DNA of 64,000 nt. Source: Candidatus Dormiibacterota bacterium. GTDB lineage: Bacteria; Vulcanimicrobiota; Vulcanimicrobiia; Vulcanimicrobiales; SCRA01. The notes beneath the pieces are model-generated. The model saw only the letters and a list, made by a program, of their open reading frames with translations. It was not told where the DNA came from and did not search any database. The stretch's first letter is position 1, and each line of letters begins with the position of its first letter. Of the stretch, positions 62,235 through 64,000 are shown piece after piece. The position numbers and the translations under genes were made by a program. The DNA is taken from NCBI GenBank assembly GCA_035533275.1, contig DATLUD010000008.1, positions 123,198 through 187,197 on the forward strand, in the 5' to 3' direction.

Positions 62235-63271
62235 GCCGACCTCTCCAGGTTGCCCGCCAAGCGCAGGATCAGCCGCGCCCCCACGTTGACCACCAGCGTG
62301 ATCGCGAAGAGCACGAGCGCGATCTCCGCGAGCGACCGCACGGCCAGCAGGGTGGAGTCGGTCAGCGCGCTGTCCAGCTGGGAGACGATGACCGCGGCCA
62401 TCGTGTTGATGGGCTGGTAGATGTTCTGCGGCAACTGGTTCATCGCGGCGCCGCTCACCATCAGCACCGCCATCGTCTCGCCCAGCGCCCGCCCGAGCGC
62501 GAGCATCGCCGCGCCGAATATTCCCGCCCGCGCCGCCGGCAGCACCGCCTGCGTGACGGCCTGCCAAGAGGTCCCGCCCAGCGCGATGCTCGCCTCGTAG
62601 ATCGAGCTCGGCACCGCGCTCATCACGTCGCGCATGGTCGCCGCCATGATCGGCAGGATCATGATCGCCAGGACGACGCCCGAGGCGAGCAGACCGTTCC
62701 CCGTCCCGATGCTGCCGCCCAAAAAGGGAACCCAGCCCAGGTGCGCGCTCAACCATGGCCCCAGCGCGTTGCCGATCCACGGCACCAGCACCACGATGCC
62801 CCAGAGCCCGAAGACCACCGACGGCACGCCGGCCATCAGCTCGACCAGCGTGTTCACCGGCGTCTTGAGCGAGGCCGGCACGCGGAAGACCATGGCGACC
62901 GCCGCCAGCAGCGCCACCGGCGTGGCCACCAGCATCGCGACGAACGAGCTCATCAGCGTGCCGTACAAGAAGACGACGACGCCGAAGGACGCACCCGGCA
63001 TCCCGGCGATGCCGTTACGCGCGACGGGCCCCCCGCCGTACTGATTGCCCATGTTCCACGTGAGCGTCGTCAGAAAGTCCAGCCCGTTGAAGCGGATTGC
63101 CGGAAATGCGTAGACCGCGAGGAAGATCGCGATCAGAAATACCAATGCGGCCGTCACGGCCGCCATCGCTCCGGTGCCCCATTGCAGGGCGACGTCACCC
63201 GGCCGGTGCCGCGAGGCGGCACCGGCCGTCGGTGGAGACGTCGCGCGATCGACCTGCGTCTGCGTCGTCAC
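62231..63271 (-). CDS. pstC: Phosphate ABC transporter permease PstC
   Basis: ORF 62231..63271. GTG start with GGAGAG 8 nt upstream. EAA-loop YEASIALGGTSWQ. Confidence 0.9.
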   Translation of the reverse strand: MTTQTQVDRATSPPTAGAASRHRPGDVALQWGTGAMAAVTAALVFLIAIFLAVYAFPAIRFNGLDFLTTLTWNMGNQYGGGPVARNGIAGMPGASFGVVVFLYGTLMSSFVAMLVATPVALLAAVAMVFRVPASLKTPVNTLVELMAGVPSVVFGLWGIVVLVPWIGNALGPWLSAHLGWVPFLGGSIGTGNGLLASGVVLAIMILPIMAATMRDVMSAVPSSIYEASIALGGTSWQAVTQAVLPAARAGIFGAAMLALGRALGETMAVLMVSGAAMNQLPQNIYQPINTMAAVIVSQLDSALTDSTLLAVRSLAEIALVLFAITLVVNVGARLILRLAGNLERSA

Positions 63272-63292
63272 TCGTATGCTCTCCGATGATGA

Positions 63293-63327
63293 GCGGCGGA
63301 GCCGAAGACCCTCTTCGGCTCCGCCGC
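63293..63327 (-). promoter_or_regulatory. Strong intercistronic stem-loop between pstS and pstC
   Basis: gcggcggagccgaag / cttcggctccgccgc, a perfect 15-bp stem with a 5-nt loop, 14 nt after the pstS stop. Confidence 0.6.
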
Positions 63328-63340
63328 GCGGACTCGCTGA

Positions 63341-64000
63341 CTAGTGAATCTTGTCGATCTGCTTGATGCTGAGCTTCACGACGCTCTCGGGCAACGGCTT
63401 GAAGTGGACCTTGTCCAGGTACTTCATGGCATTGCCGCCATCCGAGCTGATCCCCCACGAGAGGAACTTCTTCAGCGCCGCGGCCGTTTCGGCGTTCGGC
63501 TGCTGCTCTCGAACAATCGCATATTCGTAGTTGATGATCGGGTAGGACTTCGCACCGGGGGCGAAGATCAGCGAGATCCGCTCGTCCGCCGGCGTCTTGC
63601 TCACCAGCGCCGCCGCGGCCGCGCTGACGTTCTCCGCCGTGGGGAGCACGAAGTTGCCGGCGCGGTTCTCGAGCATCGCGTACCCGAGCCCGGCCTTGTC
63701 GGTCTCGTTGAGGAAGCTCACGCCGATGTACGCGATCGAATATGGCGCGGCCTTGCAGGCCTGCACCATGCCTGGGTTGCCGTTCGCGCCGACAGCGGTG
63801 GGAACGGCCGGCCAGCTGATCGAGGTTCCGTAGGCGGGCCCGTTCTTCCACGAGGGCGTCGAGAACGTCAGGTACTGCGTGAAGATGAACGTGTCGCCCG
63901 AGCCGTCCGAGCGGTGGATCGGGATGATCCCCTTGTGCGGCAGCTTCGAGGCGTACGCTTTGTTCAGGGCCACGATGCTCTTGTCGTCCCAATAGCGGAT
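63341..64000 (-). CDS. pstS: Phosphate-binding protein PstS (N-terminus beyond the right edge)
   Basis: ORF 63341..63973; the frame stays open to the window end (...IRYWDDKSIVALNKAY...). HRSDGSGDTFIFTQYL phosphate-binding motif. Confidence 0.9.
   Translation of the reverse strand: MRYWDDKSIVALNKAYASKLPHKGIIPIHRSDGSGDTFIFTQYLTFSTPSWKNGPAYGTSISWPAVPTAVGANGNPGMVQACKAAPYSIAYIGVSFLNETDKAGLGYAMLENRAGNFVLPTAENVSAAAAALVSKTPADERISLIFAPGAKSYPIINYEYAIVREQQPNAETAAALKKFLSWGISSDGGNAMKYLDKVHFKPLPESVVKLSIKQIDKIH

Noticed and set aside
41458-64000. 22.5 kb run of 21 consecutive minus-strand genes as a possible island or single super-operon
   Set aside because: Several stem-loop terminators and gaps of over 100 nt interrupt it. 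The gene functions are unrelated housekeeping activities, and the composition looks uniform. Co-orientation with replication is the ordinary explanation.

Overview
High-GC (roughly 70% by eye) bacterial chromosomal segment, densely packed with about 57 protein-coding genes. Many are translationally coupled through ATGA, GTGA or TGATG start/stop overlaps. From 41.4 kb to the right edge every gene is on the minus strand. Content is mostly core and peripheral metabolism:
- a LarA-like racemase cluster
- glcDEF glycolate oxidase, plus a second glcDE-like pair under a LysR regulator
- a standalone gltB
- a 2-oxoacid dehydrogenase E1alpha/E1beta/E2 set
- queD-queE
- peptidases of families M14, M20, M28, M24, M1 and S13, plus TldD/PmbA
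- trxB, malic enzyme and pstSCA

I found no rRNA, tRNA, CRISPR array, transposase, integrase or recognisable defence system. Most long ORFs in the six-frame track are GC-driven shadow ORFs, which I trimmed or rejected.

The most interesting signal is non-coding. A ~140-nt multi-hairpin element occurs twice in opposite orientation (2305-2449 on +, 38488-38624 on -). Each copy fills one of the only two large gaps between convergent genes. The 100-nt core is 87% identical, and most core differences preserve base pairing. The 17-bp closing stems have unrelated sequences but are each perfectly self-complementary. This looks like an undescribed structured RNA or 3'-UTR element, or a REP-like element.

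Secondary oddities:
- a MocR regulator whose conserved N-terminus has no canonical start codon
- a startless, frame-shifted GNAT-like tail coupled to a hydrolase gene
- queDE coupled to a Tat-secreted DUF1343 protein with no queC
- a pentein/DDAH-fold protein that appears to lack its catalytic Cys, in an ABC-2 exporter operon
- a repeat- and hairpin-rich leader upstream of an SDR-GT39 operon
- several unannotated small genes

All family assignments come from motif recognition by eye, not from database searches.
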